From positions 1 through 57,186 of the forward strand of contig JBEQAY010000003.1 in NCBI GenBank assembly GCA_041640075.1: 57,186 bases of DNA, given 5' to 3'. The position numbers and the translations under genes are program-made. The notes under the pieces are model-generated. The model was given only the letters and a program-made list of their open reading frames with translations, was not told the DNA's origin and searched no databases. Positions 9,790 through 18,448 of this stretch are shown here, piece after piece. Position 1 is the first letter of the stretch; each line of letters starts with the position of its first letter. This DNA comes from Candidatus Nanohaloarchaea archaeon (GTDB taxonomy: Archaea > Nanohalarchaeota > Nanosalinia > Nanosalinales > Nanosalinaceae).

Positions 9790-11904
9790 ATGGGCCGCTT
9801 TAAGTCTCTGTTTGTGGTATTCCTGTCAGTTGTCCCTTTTTCATCCGGTCAGATTACCGGTGGAGGTACTTCCTCTGTAACGGGTCTGATGACGGATCTG
9901 CTTGGCCTTGATTTCTCCGAGCCCTATGTAACCCTTGGCTTTGCGGCGACCTTTGGGTTGATGTGGGCCTCGGTCTACGTGATCTTCAAGGTAGGTGTGA
10001 AGAAGATTGACTCTGGCTACGGTGGCAGGCGTTCAAACCCGTTTGGCGACGCGCTCGGGCTTACAGGTGATTCAAGAAATCTGCTTGCCGTACTTACGCT
10101 TCTGATCACTCTATCGATGGTTGGAACCGGGGCCTTCACCGGACTTATCCAGGGCTGGCAGTCACTGGTTATTCTTGCGTTCAGCTTCATGCTTCTGGCC
10201 GGACTGGCTTTTGTACTGCTTGGGGGCTCCGGAGCCGTCGTTGGGGGAACGGCTTATGTGACAGGAAAGTCAGCGAAGGTGGCCTCTGAAGGTGTTCAGG
10301 AGCTCCAGGAACAGGTTGACAGGATCAGATCCGAGGAGGAGACACTGGATGATATAGAGGGCGATATCGAGGATGAGGAGGAAGACGCTGAGAGACGTGA
10401 ACGCCGGGAAAGAGGATCCGGCTCGCGAGATGGCGATGATGGTTCCGGAAGCGGCAGAGGAGGATCAGGAGGAGACACGGGCAGAGGAGACGATTCCGGC
10501 ACCGGAAGGGACCATGGTGAAACTGATTCTGAGGAGAGAACTGACGCCGAGATCGCCGACATAGTCAGGAAGCTTGAGAAAGCCATCGAGATACTCGAGG
10601 ATATCGAGGGAAGACTTACTCGAGAACTTGCAGAGGAGTCTTCAAGGATAGACAGGCATCTCAGAGCCCTGGACAAGCTCAGGGAAGTCCTGGAGTCAGA
10701 TGATCCTCCTCACCGTGACGTCAGGAAGCTTATCGAGGAACTGAGAAGTGCTGGTCTGGAGAGTTCATCCGGGAAGGAGGAGTTCGACCGGTTCATCGAA
10801 GAGACCGGTGACTTACCGGATATACTTGAAAGAGAGACCGAGCTGGAGTCCTACTCTGAAAGACTGAGGGAGCTTGAGTCAGATCTTTCAACACTTGTTG
10901 CAGAGCTTGAACTCCTGACTGAAATCAGAGATATACTTGAAAGACTTTACGAAGAGCTTGAAGTAGCAGACAGGGAAGAGGACGTCCTGGAGAAACTTGT
11001 AGACCAGCTCGAGCATCTCAGAGGGCACAGGATGGAAGAGCTTGAGGAGGAAGTAGGTAAAAGCAGGGATGAGATCAAGGAGCTGGAGAATAGATTTAAC
11101 GAACTCAGGAAGTTCAACGAGAAGATAAAGGACCTGGTTGAGGTAAAGAAAGATGTAGAGGCCGATCATGGAGACCTGGCGGAACTGATTTCAAGGCTTG
11201 AGGAGATGGCAGAGCTTGTAGAGCAACTTCTCAGAGCCTCTGGCTCCGACTTCAGCACCTCAGAAGGTTTCTCCTTCTCTCCGGGAGCTGACAGCCCTGA
11301 AGGAAAGGACATAGAGGTTTCAGGGCTTGAAGAGGTTCTTGTAGTTGACTGCAGCCTTGAACCGGGCAGCCATACTTCCGGGAAGCCTTTCGAGTTCTAC
11401 TCCAGGTTCAGGCCTCTTGTAGGCGAGTTCACTCCTGTCATGCAGGGTTTCATCGCGGATCAGGAGCTTTACGAGTCAGAAAATATCGAAGAAGGTATGG
11501 GAAAGGTTTTCCAGAGGTTGAATCAGGAGATCAGCTCCAGGGCGACAGGTTCAGCCAGCGGACGCATATCGCTTACATCCCAGCTTTCAGGCCCTTCCTT
11601 CAGGTCTCATCTTGTCAACACTGTTTACATGGGTTTTCTGGTGCAGAACTTCTGGCTGTGGTACAGGTGGCATATAGCGGATGGATCAGACACGCCCCGT
11701 ATCGCGGCGAAAGCCGTTATCACGGAGTACTGTGAGAAGGTATCGGCAACACTGGTGTCTTACCGTACAGGTTCTGGTGATGTGCCTGCTGTACTGGTGA
11801 GTAGCCCTGGTTCTGACTTACTGCTGAGTCCTGTGACAGGAGACAGGATAGATGACTGGAGCTCTGAAGACCTCGGTGAGATGCTTTACAGGGTTGAAGA
11901 CTGA
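9790..11904 (+). CDS. Membrane-anchor module + helical carrier domain + unknown C-terminal domain (704 aa)
   Basis: Signal-like N-terminus, 3 TM helices and a Gly-rich segment paralogous to 13574..14374; Gly/Arg/Asp linker; coiled coil; ~220-aa globular C-terminus. Confidence 0.85.
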   Translation: MGRFKSLFVVFLSVVPFSSGQITGGGTSSVTGLMTDLLGLDFSEPYVTLGFAATFGLMWASVYVIFKVGVKKIDSGYGGRRSNPFGDALGLTGDSRNLLAVLTLLITLSMVGTGAFTGLIQGWQSLVILAFSFMLLAGLAFVLLGGSGAVVGGTAYVTGKSAKVASEGVQELQEQVDRIRSEEETLDDIEGDIEDEEEDAERRERRERGSGSRDGDDGSGSGRGGSGGDTGRGDDSGTGRDHGETDSEERTDAEIADIVRKLEKAIEILEDIEGRLTRELAEESSRIDRHLRALDKLREVLESDDPPHRDVRKLIEELRSAGLESSSGKEEFDRFIEETGDLPDILERETELESYSERLRELESDLSTLVAELELLTEIRDILERLYEELEVADREEDVLEKLVDQLEHLRGHRMEELEEEVGKSRDEIKELENRFNELRKFNEKIKDLVEVKKDVEADHGDLAELISRLEEMAELVEQLLRASGSDFSTSEGFSFSPGADSPEGKDIEVSGLEEVLVVDCSLEPGSHTSGKPFEFYSRFRPLVGEFTPVMQGFIADQELYESENIEEGMGKVFQRLNQEISSRATGSASGRISLTSQLSGPSFRSHLVNTVYMGFLVQNFWLWYRWHIADGSDTPRIAAKAVITEYCEKVSATLVSYRTGSGDVPAVLVSSPGSDLLLSPVTGDRIDDWSSEDLGEMLYRVED

Positions 11905-12013
11905 TTGAAATCGGCTAGATCTCCGGGAAAATCTGTTTTCAGGCTTTGAGGAACTGCTTCCAGTTAGATATAAAACGTTTAACACCCTTTTACCATAACT
12001 AGGTGACTACACA

Positions 12014-13480
12014 ATGGGAGATGAAGAGGTTGAGCAAAGCCTCGAAGAAGAGTTTTCCGACGCCTTCGATAGGGCTCGAGAGGAAGATGAAGAACAGAAT
12101 ACTGTACATCCTGCACAGCTCCGTGGTGGAGCAAAGGGTGGTGCAACTGTAAGAGATGAAGAAGATCTTTCTCGAGAAGCACAGGAGGCCGAGGGAGTAT
12201 ACGGTCAAAACCTGAAGAAACAGCATTCCCGCGCTGAATGGTGGGAAGATCTGGAGGACCAGCTGAGCGATACAGCCGGCCGAGAGAATCTGCCGGTGGT
12301 AAGCTTCCTGGCTGACGCACAGGCTACGGGAAAGGCATCGGTAGACAATGACTGGACTGTCGACTCCGCAGAGTACCTGACAGATGAAGAAGGAGAGGTA
12401 CTGGAGTTCGCAGAGGAAGGTCAGGACCTGATGAACTACTTCCAGACAGTCTCTGGAGATATTGACAGCCTATCCGAGGAAGTTTCTCTATTCACAGGAC
12501 TGATGGGAGAAGTCAAAGACGACCAGGAACAGTACGAGCAAGAAGTTGAAGAAGAGCTCCAGGAGCTTGAAGAAGAGAAAGAAGAGAGAATTGAAGAAGC
12601 AAGAAATGAATACGAGGAAGAACTTGAAGAAGCTGAAGAAGCCAAGAGCGACGAAGTCTCAAACCTGAAGAGTCAGGTCTCAAACCAGTCGCCTTCCGAC
12701 TTCGAGGACTCAAGCTACGAGGACTCGACGGACGCATGGAAGAGCGAATGGAGTGACATCCAGGGAGACTTCAAGGAGACAGAGGAAGAACTTGAAGAGG
12801 AAAGAGACGAGAAGATCGAGGAAGCAAGAAGCGAGTATGAGGAAGCAAGAGAGGAACTTGAAGAGGAAAGAGAGGAAAAACTTGCAGACTTCAAGGAACA
12901 GAGAAGAGAGCTTCGTGAACAGAAGCAGGTAGCAGTTGAGGACCGAGCTGACAGACTTGACGAGCTTGAAGGTGTTCACGTCGAATTCTCCAACGATGTC
13001 GTTGAGTACGTCGAGGAACAGGCTGAGGCGATCAAGGATATCGCTATCACACTTGGAAGTCTTGAGAACATGAATTCCGAGTACAGCGAGCACTCTGTCG
13101 CCGCTGACGACGATCTGCGTGGAAGCCTTGATCAAGATCAGCAGGCTGTCGCAGGAGAGATCGCTGAAGCAGCAAACTCCATGGCCCGCAGAGCACTTGA
13201 AAGGATCGACTACCTCGAGGAAGCGGTTACCGACTACGCACAGGCAACCGACGCGATTACAGACATGCTCGACGAGCAGGACGCAAGAGTCAGCACAAGA
13301 CTCGATGAAGTTACAGGCCTCTACGACGATCTCGGGATTGAGGTCGAAGGCGAGGACGAGTACGGCGTCGAAGCCCTGCGTGAAAGAGTCAGAGACCACG
13401 TTGAAGGTGCAACCGATCAGGACTACGATGCACTCGACGAGTTCAGGCAGGAGATCGAGTCAATGGCAAGGGCTCCGTAG
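12014..13480 (+). CDS. Hyper-acidic long coiled-coil protein (488 aa)
   Basis: Very E/D-rich with an internal repeat. Own TATA (ATATAAAA ~11969) and SD AGGTGA; strong C-ending codon bias. Confidence 0.85.
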   Translation: MGDEEVEQSLEEEFSDAFDRAREEDEEQNTVHPAQLRGGAKGGATVRDEEDLSREAQEAEGVYGQNLKKQHSRAEWWEDLEDQLSDTAGRENLPVVSFLADAQATGKASVDNDWTVDSAEYLTDEEGEVLEFAEEGQDLMNYFQTVSGDIDSLSEEVSLFTGLMGEVKDDQEQYEQEVEEELQELEEEKEERIEEARNEYEEELEEAEEAKSDEVSNLKSQVSNQSPSDFEDSSYEDSTDAWKSEWSDIQGDFKETEEELEEERDEKIEEARSEYEEAREELEEEREEKLADFKEQRRELREQKQVAVEDRADRLDELEGVHVEFSNDVVEYVEEQAEAIKDIAITLGSLENMNSEYSEHSVAADDDLRGSLDQDQQAVAGEIAEAANSMARRALERIDYLEEAVTDYAQATDAITDMLDEQDARVSTRLDEVTGLYDDLGIEVEGEDEYGVEALRERVRDHVEGATDQDYDALDEFRQEIESMARAP

Positions 13481-13497
13481 AGGAGTTCCTGTCACCA

Positions 13498-13518
13498 CAT
13501 TTCCCTTTCTTTTTTCCC
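13498..13518 (+). terminator. Pyrimidine/oligo-T archaeal terminator
   Basis: TTTCCCTTTCTTTTTTCCC shortly after the stop of 12014..13480. Confidence 0.5.
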
Positions 13519-13573
13519 AAGATGACTTCTGATTACTTAAACTCTTTTAACGGAGGAAACTAAATTTTCAGGC

Positions 13574-14374
13574 ATGGATCGAAGGCTGTTCCTTATATCA
13601 GTATTTCTTTCATACACGGCCTCTGCTTCAGCCCAGATAACTAGTGGGGGTTATGGAGGAACCAATTCTGTTACAGGGATGATCTCTCATCTACTGGGTA
13701 TCGATATCTACCAACCGTATAATATCCTCGGTATAACAGCCACTGTAGGCGTCCTCTGGGTCGCGACCTACGTCATATTCAAGGTCGGAATCAAGAAGAT
13801 AGACGAAGGACTGGAAAACGACGGACGTAGGAGCAGCGGCATTGCTGGAGCACTGGGAGTCGACGACGAAGAATCGAGTAACCTGCTAGCCGTACTCACA
13901 CTACTGATCGTACTGACGATGATCGGTACAGGAGCATTCATGGGCATAATCCGTGGATGGCAGTCACTTATCATACTTGCATTCACCTTTGCACTCCTCG
14001 CAGGACTGATCTTTGTCCTGGTAGGCGGAACAGGAGGAGTAATCGGAGGAACAGCCTACGTCACAGGTAAATCAGCACAGGTCACCGCAAAAGGAGTTAA
14101 CGAGCTGCAGGAAGCCGTGGATGAAATAGGCACCCGTGAAGAACGTGTAGAGGCAGAGGAGGAGACAGAGGAAGACGATATAGACCATGGAGACGAGGAT
14201 GAAGCTGATGAAGAAGCAGAAATTACAGCCGAGGAACTTGAACAGATCGTGGAGATGATAGACGACGTAGAGGATGAATTAAACGATCTGATAGACGAGC
14301 TGGAAGATGAGCTCGAAGAAGATCTTGAAAACGTGAGAAGACTTGTAGACCTTCTGGGAGATGAAGATGAGTGA
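13574..14374 (+). CDS. Stand-alone membrane-anchor module (paralog of the 9790 N-terminus) with acidic helical tail
   Basis: ASA|QITSGG signal-like site. Blocks YVIFKVG, NLLAVLTLLI, GWQSL and GGTAYVTGKSA are near-identical to the 704-aa protein. Confidence 0.85.
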   Translation: MDRRLFLISVFLSYTASASAQITSGGYGGTNSVTGMISHLLGIDIYQPYNILGITATVGVLWVATYVIFKVGIKKIDEGLENDGRRSSGIAGALGVDDEESSNLLAVLTLLIVLTMIGTGAFMGIIRGWQSLIILAFTFALLAGLIFVLVGGTGGVIGGTAYVTGKSAQVTAKGVNELQEAVDEIGTREERVEAEEETEEDDIDHGDEDEADEEAEITAEELEQIVEMIDDVEDELNDLIDELEDELEEDLENVRRLVDLLGDEDE

Positions 14375-15479
14375 AGCAGCGCGTTACACAGAGATCGTAC
14401 ATGAAGCAACCTCGAATGAGGAAACTGCCGAGGCACTCACATCCTTTGATACAGGAAAAGACGATCTGAAATCCTTCACAGAGTCAGGCGAAATACTGCT
14501 GACTGAATCACAGAGAGATTTTCTGGAGGGCTACCTAGATAACCTTGAATCGCTGCAGCCATGGACGGAGAAGATCAGAGCAGAGGAAGAGTCCGGAGCC
14601 AAGCAGGAAACCGTGAGAGAGATCAACCAGATCCTGAACAGACTTGAAAACGATATACAGCGTGCCGTAGACGAGGACCGGACTCTGGAGCAGATCGCAG
14701 CTACGCTACGCGACGGCAGATTAACAGAGGAAGCAGAGAAGATAATGGCAGGACTCGAGAGACCTGAAGCCAGGTTACAGAGACTGGCCGAGAAAAAAAG
14801 CCAGACCGAGGAGATGCTTCAGAAGTTTGAATCCGTGAGGGAACGGATCGGTGGAGACCACAGCATGGACTCAGCACTGAAGCACAGGAAAGCCGCGGTA
14901 GAGGCGGTACTTGAAAATTCAGAAACTGGCAGGGTTAGGGAAGACGGCCCAGTGAAAATACATATGACTGAAGAACTGATAGAGGAACTAGTAGATGCTG
15001 CAGAGAACTATGTCGAAGAAATATCGGGAATACTGATTTGCCGCAGAAGAGGTAGAGACTGGACCGTGCTTAAAGTTCTGAGAACTGGAGTTGGTACCGA
15101 AGGTTCTGTTTCACCTGACACTGCGAGGTTATCTGCCGCAAACGAACTGACAGAAAAATACTCAAAATACAGTCTCGTAGAGTTCCACACCCATTCAGCA
15201 GGCACAATAGCTAGACATGGAGAAGAATTTGCAGATGGCTGGTCTAAACAAGACATTGAAAATTTCAAAGACCAGGAGAAAGGATACGTGGGGATGCTAG
15301 TTACGCCAAAAAAGATTCTGACTAGAAGTAAAGGCGATTTTGAAGTTGAGACAAACAGGATAAAGAAAGGTAAAAGAGTAAATGAATGGAATAATGATCT
15401 GAAAGAAGAGTTTTCTGATATCAAATCCGGTCATAGCTTTTCAAAACTCCCAGAACTTACTCCTTTTAGTAAAAAGTAG
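14367..15479 (+). CDS. Helical carrier domain fused to a JAB/MPN+ (JAMM) metalloprotease domain
   Basis: C-terminal EEISGIL ... EFHTHS ... WSKQD matches E...HxH...SxxD. Overlaps the upstream stop codon. Confidence 0.8.
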   Translation: MSEAARYTEIVHEATSNEETAEALTSFDTGKDDLKSFTESGEILLTESQRDFLEGYLDNLESLQPWTEKIRAEEESGAKQETVREINQILNRLENDIQRAVDEDRTLEQIAATLRDGRLTEEAEKIMAGLERPEARLQRLAEKKSQTEEMLQKFESVRERIGGDHSMDSALKHRKAAVEAVLENSETGRVREDGPVKIHMTEELIEELVDAAENYVEEISGILICRRRGRDWTVLKVLRTGVGTEGSVSPDTARLSAANELTEKYSKYSLVEFHTHSAGTIARHGEEFADGWSKQDIENFKDQEKGYVGMLVTPKKILTRSKGDFEVETNRIKKGKRVNEWNNDLKEEFSDIKSGHSFSKLPELTPFSKK

Positions 15480-15481
15480 AA

Positions 15482-17854
15482 ATGAAAGATTACGACAACG
15501 CGGTCATGGCCCTGGCTTCAGGGATAGAGTCCACGCAAAGGAAGCTGAACAGGGATGAAAAGGTTTCGATAGCGGAGGAATTCCTGAAAAATGGGCCGGA
15601 GAACCACAGCAACTGGAACAACCTGGAGGTGAACCTGTCACAGGAAAGCATGGGAAACCTGCAGGAGTATCATGGAAATCTTCAGCAGGCCTACAGCGAG
15701 GAGATCGGGAAGGAGATCAAGCAAACCATGGAAAAAGTGGAGAAAGCCACTGATCTGAGGGAGAGACTTCACAGTGAATTGAATACTGCTCTCAACGAAA
15801 CAAAAGAGCTTGAGGAGATAGCAAAGCGGTTGCAGGACCGTGGTATAGGAAATGTAGCTGGTAAAGAAGAGAGACAGGTCCGGGAACTGGGCAAGAACCT
15901 GGAGAAACTGGATTCGAAAGGTGGAGACCTGGAAAAACTTGAGAACAGACTTGAATCTCTCCTGAACAGGCACAGCCTGGGTAAGGAGGATCTACATGAC
16001 GAACTGGGGAGGAGAGCCGAAGCAGTAGAGAAAATCCTGGACAGCGCCGCTTCAACCGGTGGAGACGGACAGAAGGACTTGGACCAGATCGCGAACAGGA
16101 TAATCCAGAAGGAATCAAAACTGCAGGAAGCTGAGAACCGAGGACTGCAGCAGCTTGAAGACGATATCAAAACCCTTTCAAGTATAGTGGAACTCGAGGA
16201 ACAGGAAATAACTGCTTTGAGACAGGTGGAAAAATATCTCCAGAACGGAAACTTCAGCCAGGTCTCCAGCACACTGGATAGTCTGATTCAGAGAAGAGAA
16301 AACTTTGGAGATCAGTCCAGAGCCGTGCAGCAGATAAAGCAGGATCTGCAGGAGGAAAAGAAGATCATAATTGCACTTCAGGAATTCTTCAACTCCATCA
16401 AACAACTTGAGAAAAAGGGGATTTCACGTGACAGACTCTACCAGAAGATGGAGAGCCAGGGAAGCTTTTCATCGGCACAGGAAGCCAGGGACTTCTTCAC
16501 AGGACTGGAATCAGAATTTGAAGGCATAGAGGAAGATATTGCAAGAGTGAAGAAACTTGAACAGAAGGAGAGAAAACTGGAGAACCTGGAACACGAGAAA
16601 CTGAAGGAAATCGATGACGAGGATGCCCAGCTCAGGCAGAGCGCCACAGGTCAGCAGAGAAGAGACCTGGAAGAGGTTCACGAGAAACTGAAGAAGCTGG
16701 GATTCAACCTTGAAAACGAGATAGATGATGACTCTGGGAACAGTAACTCAGGAACTTCATCCTCTGATAGAAAAGGACCTTACGGAGGGAAATATGGCAG
16801 GCCCTCTAGCTCAGAGCCTTGGATAATCTCAATGTCTGATGTAGAAAGCAACTACGGATACATGAAAGAAGCACTAGCTCTCTTGGAGAAGCATGGCTGG
16901 GATTCCATCGCGAAAGATACAGGTAGTGCTCTTGAATGGACTGGCGGGGATAAGTACAGGTTTATCCTTAACGGAGATCTCCTTGACAGAGGCGATCAGC
17001 CAGAAAAAGTGTGGAACAGCCTGTTCAACCTTGTGAGCACCTCTAATTTCGATCATCAGGTCGAGATGACGATGGGGAATCATGATGTGGCGTTACTTGT
17101 TCCTGGGAGTGCTGTTGCCCTGACTGATAGACCGCACTCCACCTGCGTCGGCGAAGGGCTAGAGAAGTTCTACTCTCTCGGCCAAATCGAATTCATGTTG
17201 CCTGGAAAAGAGCTTAACACAGATCTCTCAAATCTCAGCAGCGATGAAGTAGAGCAACTTCGAAGAGAACATTACAAAGCATACGACAACCTTGATTTCT
17301 CCGAAAAATACAAAGTACATAACAACTACAAACCCAGGAGAAAGGAAGAGTTCGCCAATCTTATCCAGAACGGGAACGTGAAAATGATAGCGGAAGGGTA
17401 CGAATACTATTACGTTCATGGAGGATCTGTAAATAATCCTGGAGCAAGTAAGGGAGGTGAAACCTACCAGGAGTACTTCAACAGAATGCTGATCGAGAAG
17501 GTCGCTGAACCTATCCTTGATGACATAGCCAACGGTACTAGAGCAAATGAGATGCAGATCCGAAGAGATATTCACAGTGAAAACGGCTCATTCGGACCAA
17601 TGTTTGGTTCCGGAAGAAGTGACGGAGGGCTGATCTGGCGGAACTGGGAGAACATACCTGAAAGCGCCGGGAAACAGGTAACCGGGCATACAGGAGGAGA
17701 CTACCCTCGAACCATGAACAGTGGTCAACTGATCAACGAAAACACGCACACGTCCGGGGGTGGAGGAAATCCCTCTATAGTCATTGAGACTCCTGAAGGA
17801 GTCTTTGCCTTAAGCAGTGAGGAAGATAAACCTATAGATCTGGTTGGGTACTGA
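15482..17854 (+). CDS. Helical carrier/coiled coil fused to a PPP/calcineurin-like metallophosphoesterase
   Basis: SDVESN, GDLLDRG, GNHD, HGG and GHT motifs after a Ser/Gly-rich linker; ~415-aa coiled-coil N-terminus. Confidence 0.85.
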   Translation: MKDYDNAVMALASGIESTQRKLNRDEKVSIAEEFLKNGPENHSNWNNLEVNLSQESMGNLQEYHGNLQQAYSEEIGKEIKQTMEKVEKATDLRERLHSELNTALNETKELEEIAKRLQDRGIGNVAGKEERQVRELGKNLEKLDSKGGDLEKLENRLESLLNRHSLGKEDLHDELGRRAEAVEKILDSAASTGGDGQKDLDQIANRIIQKESKLQEAENRGLQQLEDDIKTLSSIVELEEQEITALRQVEKYLQNGNFSQVSSTLDSLIQRRENFGDQSRAVQQIKQDLQEEKKIIIALQEFFNSIKQLEKKGISRDRLYQKMESQGSFSSAQEARDFFTGLESEFEGIEEDIARVKKLEQKERKLENLEHEKLKEIDDEDAQLRQSATGQQRRDLEEVHEKLKKLGFNLENEIDDDSGNSNSGTSSSDRKGPYGGKYGRPSSSEPWIISMSDVESNYGYMKEALALLEKHGWDSIAKDTGSALEWTGGDKYRFILNGDLLDRGDQPEKVWNSLFNLVSTSNFDHQVEMTMGNHDVALLVPGSAVALTDRPHSTCVGEGLEKFYSLGQIEFMLPGKELNTDLSNLSSDEVEQLRREHYKAYDNLDFSEKYKVHNNYKPRRKEEFANLIQNGNVKMIAEGYEYYYVHGGSVNNPGASKGGETYQEYFNRMLIEKVAEPILDDIANGTRANEMQIRRDIHSENGSFGPMFGSGRSDGGLIWRNWENIPESAGKQVTGHTGGDYPRTMNSGQLINENTHTSGGGGNPSIVIETPEGVFALSSEEDKPIDLVGY

Positions 17855-17904
17855 GACCTTATTTAAGAGTCAATGGCGTTTAGTATCTCAGAGGTAGATA
17901 AAGA

Positions 17905-18066
17905 ATGGGACAAAGATTTGAGGAAGCTGAGAAGAGGACTTTTGAAAACGTTTACATCTGCAGAAAATGCAACGCAAAGAACAAGACCGACAATCCAGAA
18001 AACACGAGCTGCAGGAAATGCGGTTACAGCGACCTCAGAAAGAAGAACGCACAGTTCGCAGGATGA
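17905..18066 (+). CDS. rpl40e: 50S ribosomal protein L40e
   Basis: Manual translation gives [53 protein letters not shown] (two CRKC motifs); SD GAGGT upstream. Too short for the ORF track. Confidence 0.92.
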   Translation: MGQRFEEAEKRTFENVYICRKCNAKNKTDNPENTSCRKCGYSDLRKKNAQFAG

Positions 18067-18264
18067 AAAACTCTGCACCAGGCAACTGGACAAACTGAAT
18101 TACCACAGCACCAGTCTCCAAAGTATTATCCATTTTAATAGTTGTTATAAACAAAAGCCCACTCTACTTCCTTCTCGGAACAGTAACATCAAACTTCATG
18201 CTCTGAAGACAGGGCCTACCCGTATTAAAAATTACACCACACAAAACCAAATACGCACTAGTAC

Positions 18265-18408
18265 GCCCCGTTGGCTCAGCGGTAGAGCGCGTCCTTGGTA
18301 GAAGTGGTTACGCTCGATTCATACGCAATAAGCCATTACTTGGCTTTCAGAGAGCGGAATTACTTAACAAACAGGACGAGGTCCCGGGTTCAAATCTCGG
18401 ACGGGGCT
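18265..18408 (+). tRNA. tRNA-Thr(GGT) with 72-nt intron at 37/38 (18301-18372)
   Basis: Acceptor GCCCCGT/ACGGGGC, anticodon stem CGTCC/GGACG, GGTTCAAATC T-arm; intron with a relaxed BHB. Confidence 0.92.
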
Positions 18409-18448
18409 ACCCAATCAGTTTTGTTCCTCCAGCTTTGGTAATAAAACT

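Noticed and set aside
12710..13399. Long antisense ORFs (also 52447-53055, 15769-16272, 43683-44273)
   Set aside because: Shadow ORFs produced by the biased codon usage of acidic proteins on the other strand; no motifs.
17873..18301. 142-aa ORF in the supplied track
   Set aside because: It overlaps rpl40e (another frame) and tRNA-Thr, and its composition is not acidic; spurious.
7619..18408. cdc6-to-tRNA-Thr interval as an integrated plasmid or provirus
   Set aside because: No integrase, no duplicate of the tRNA-Thr end was seen, and the core gene rpl40e lies inside the interval.
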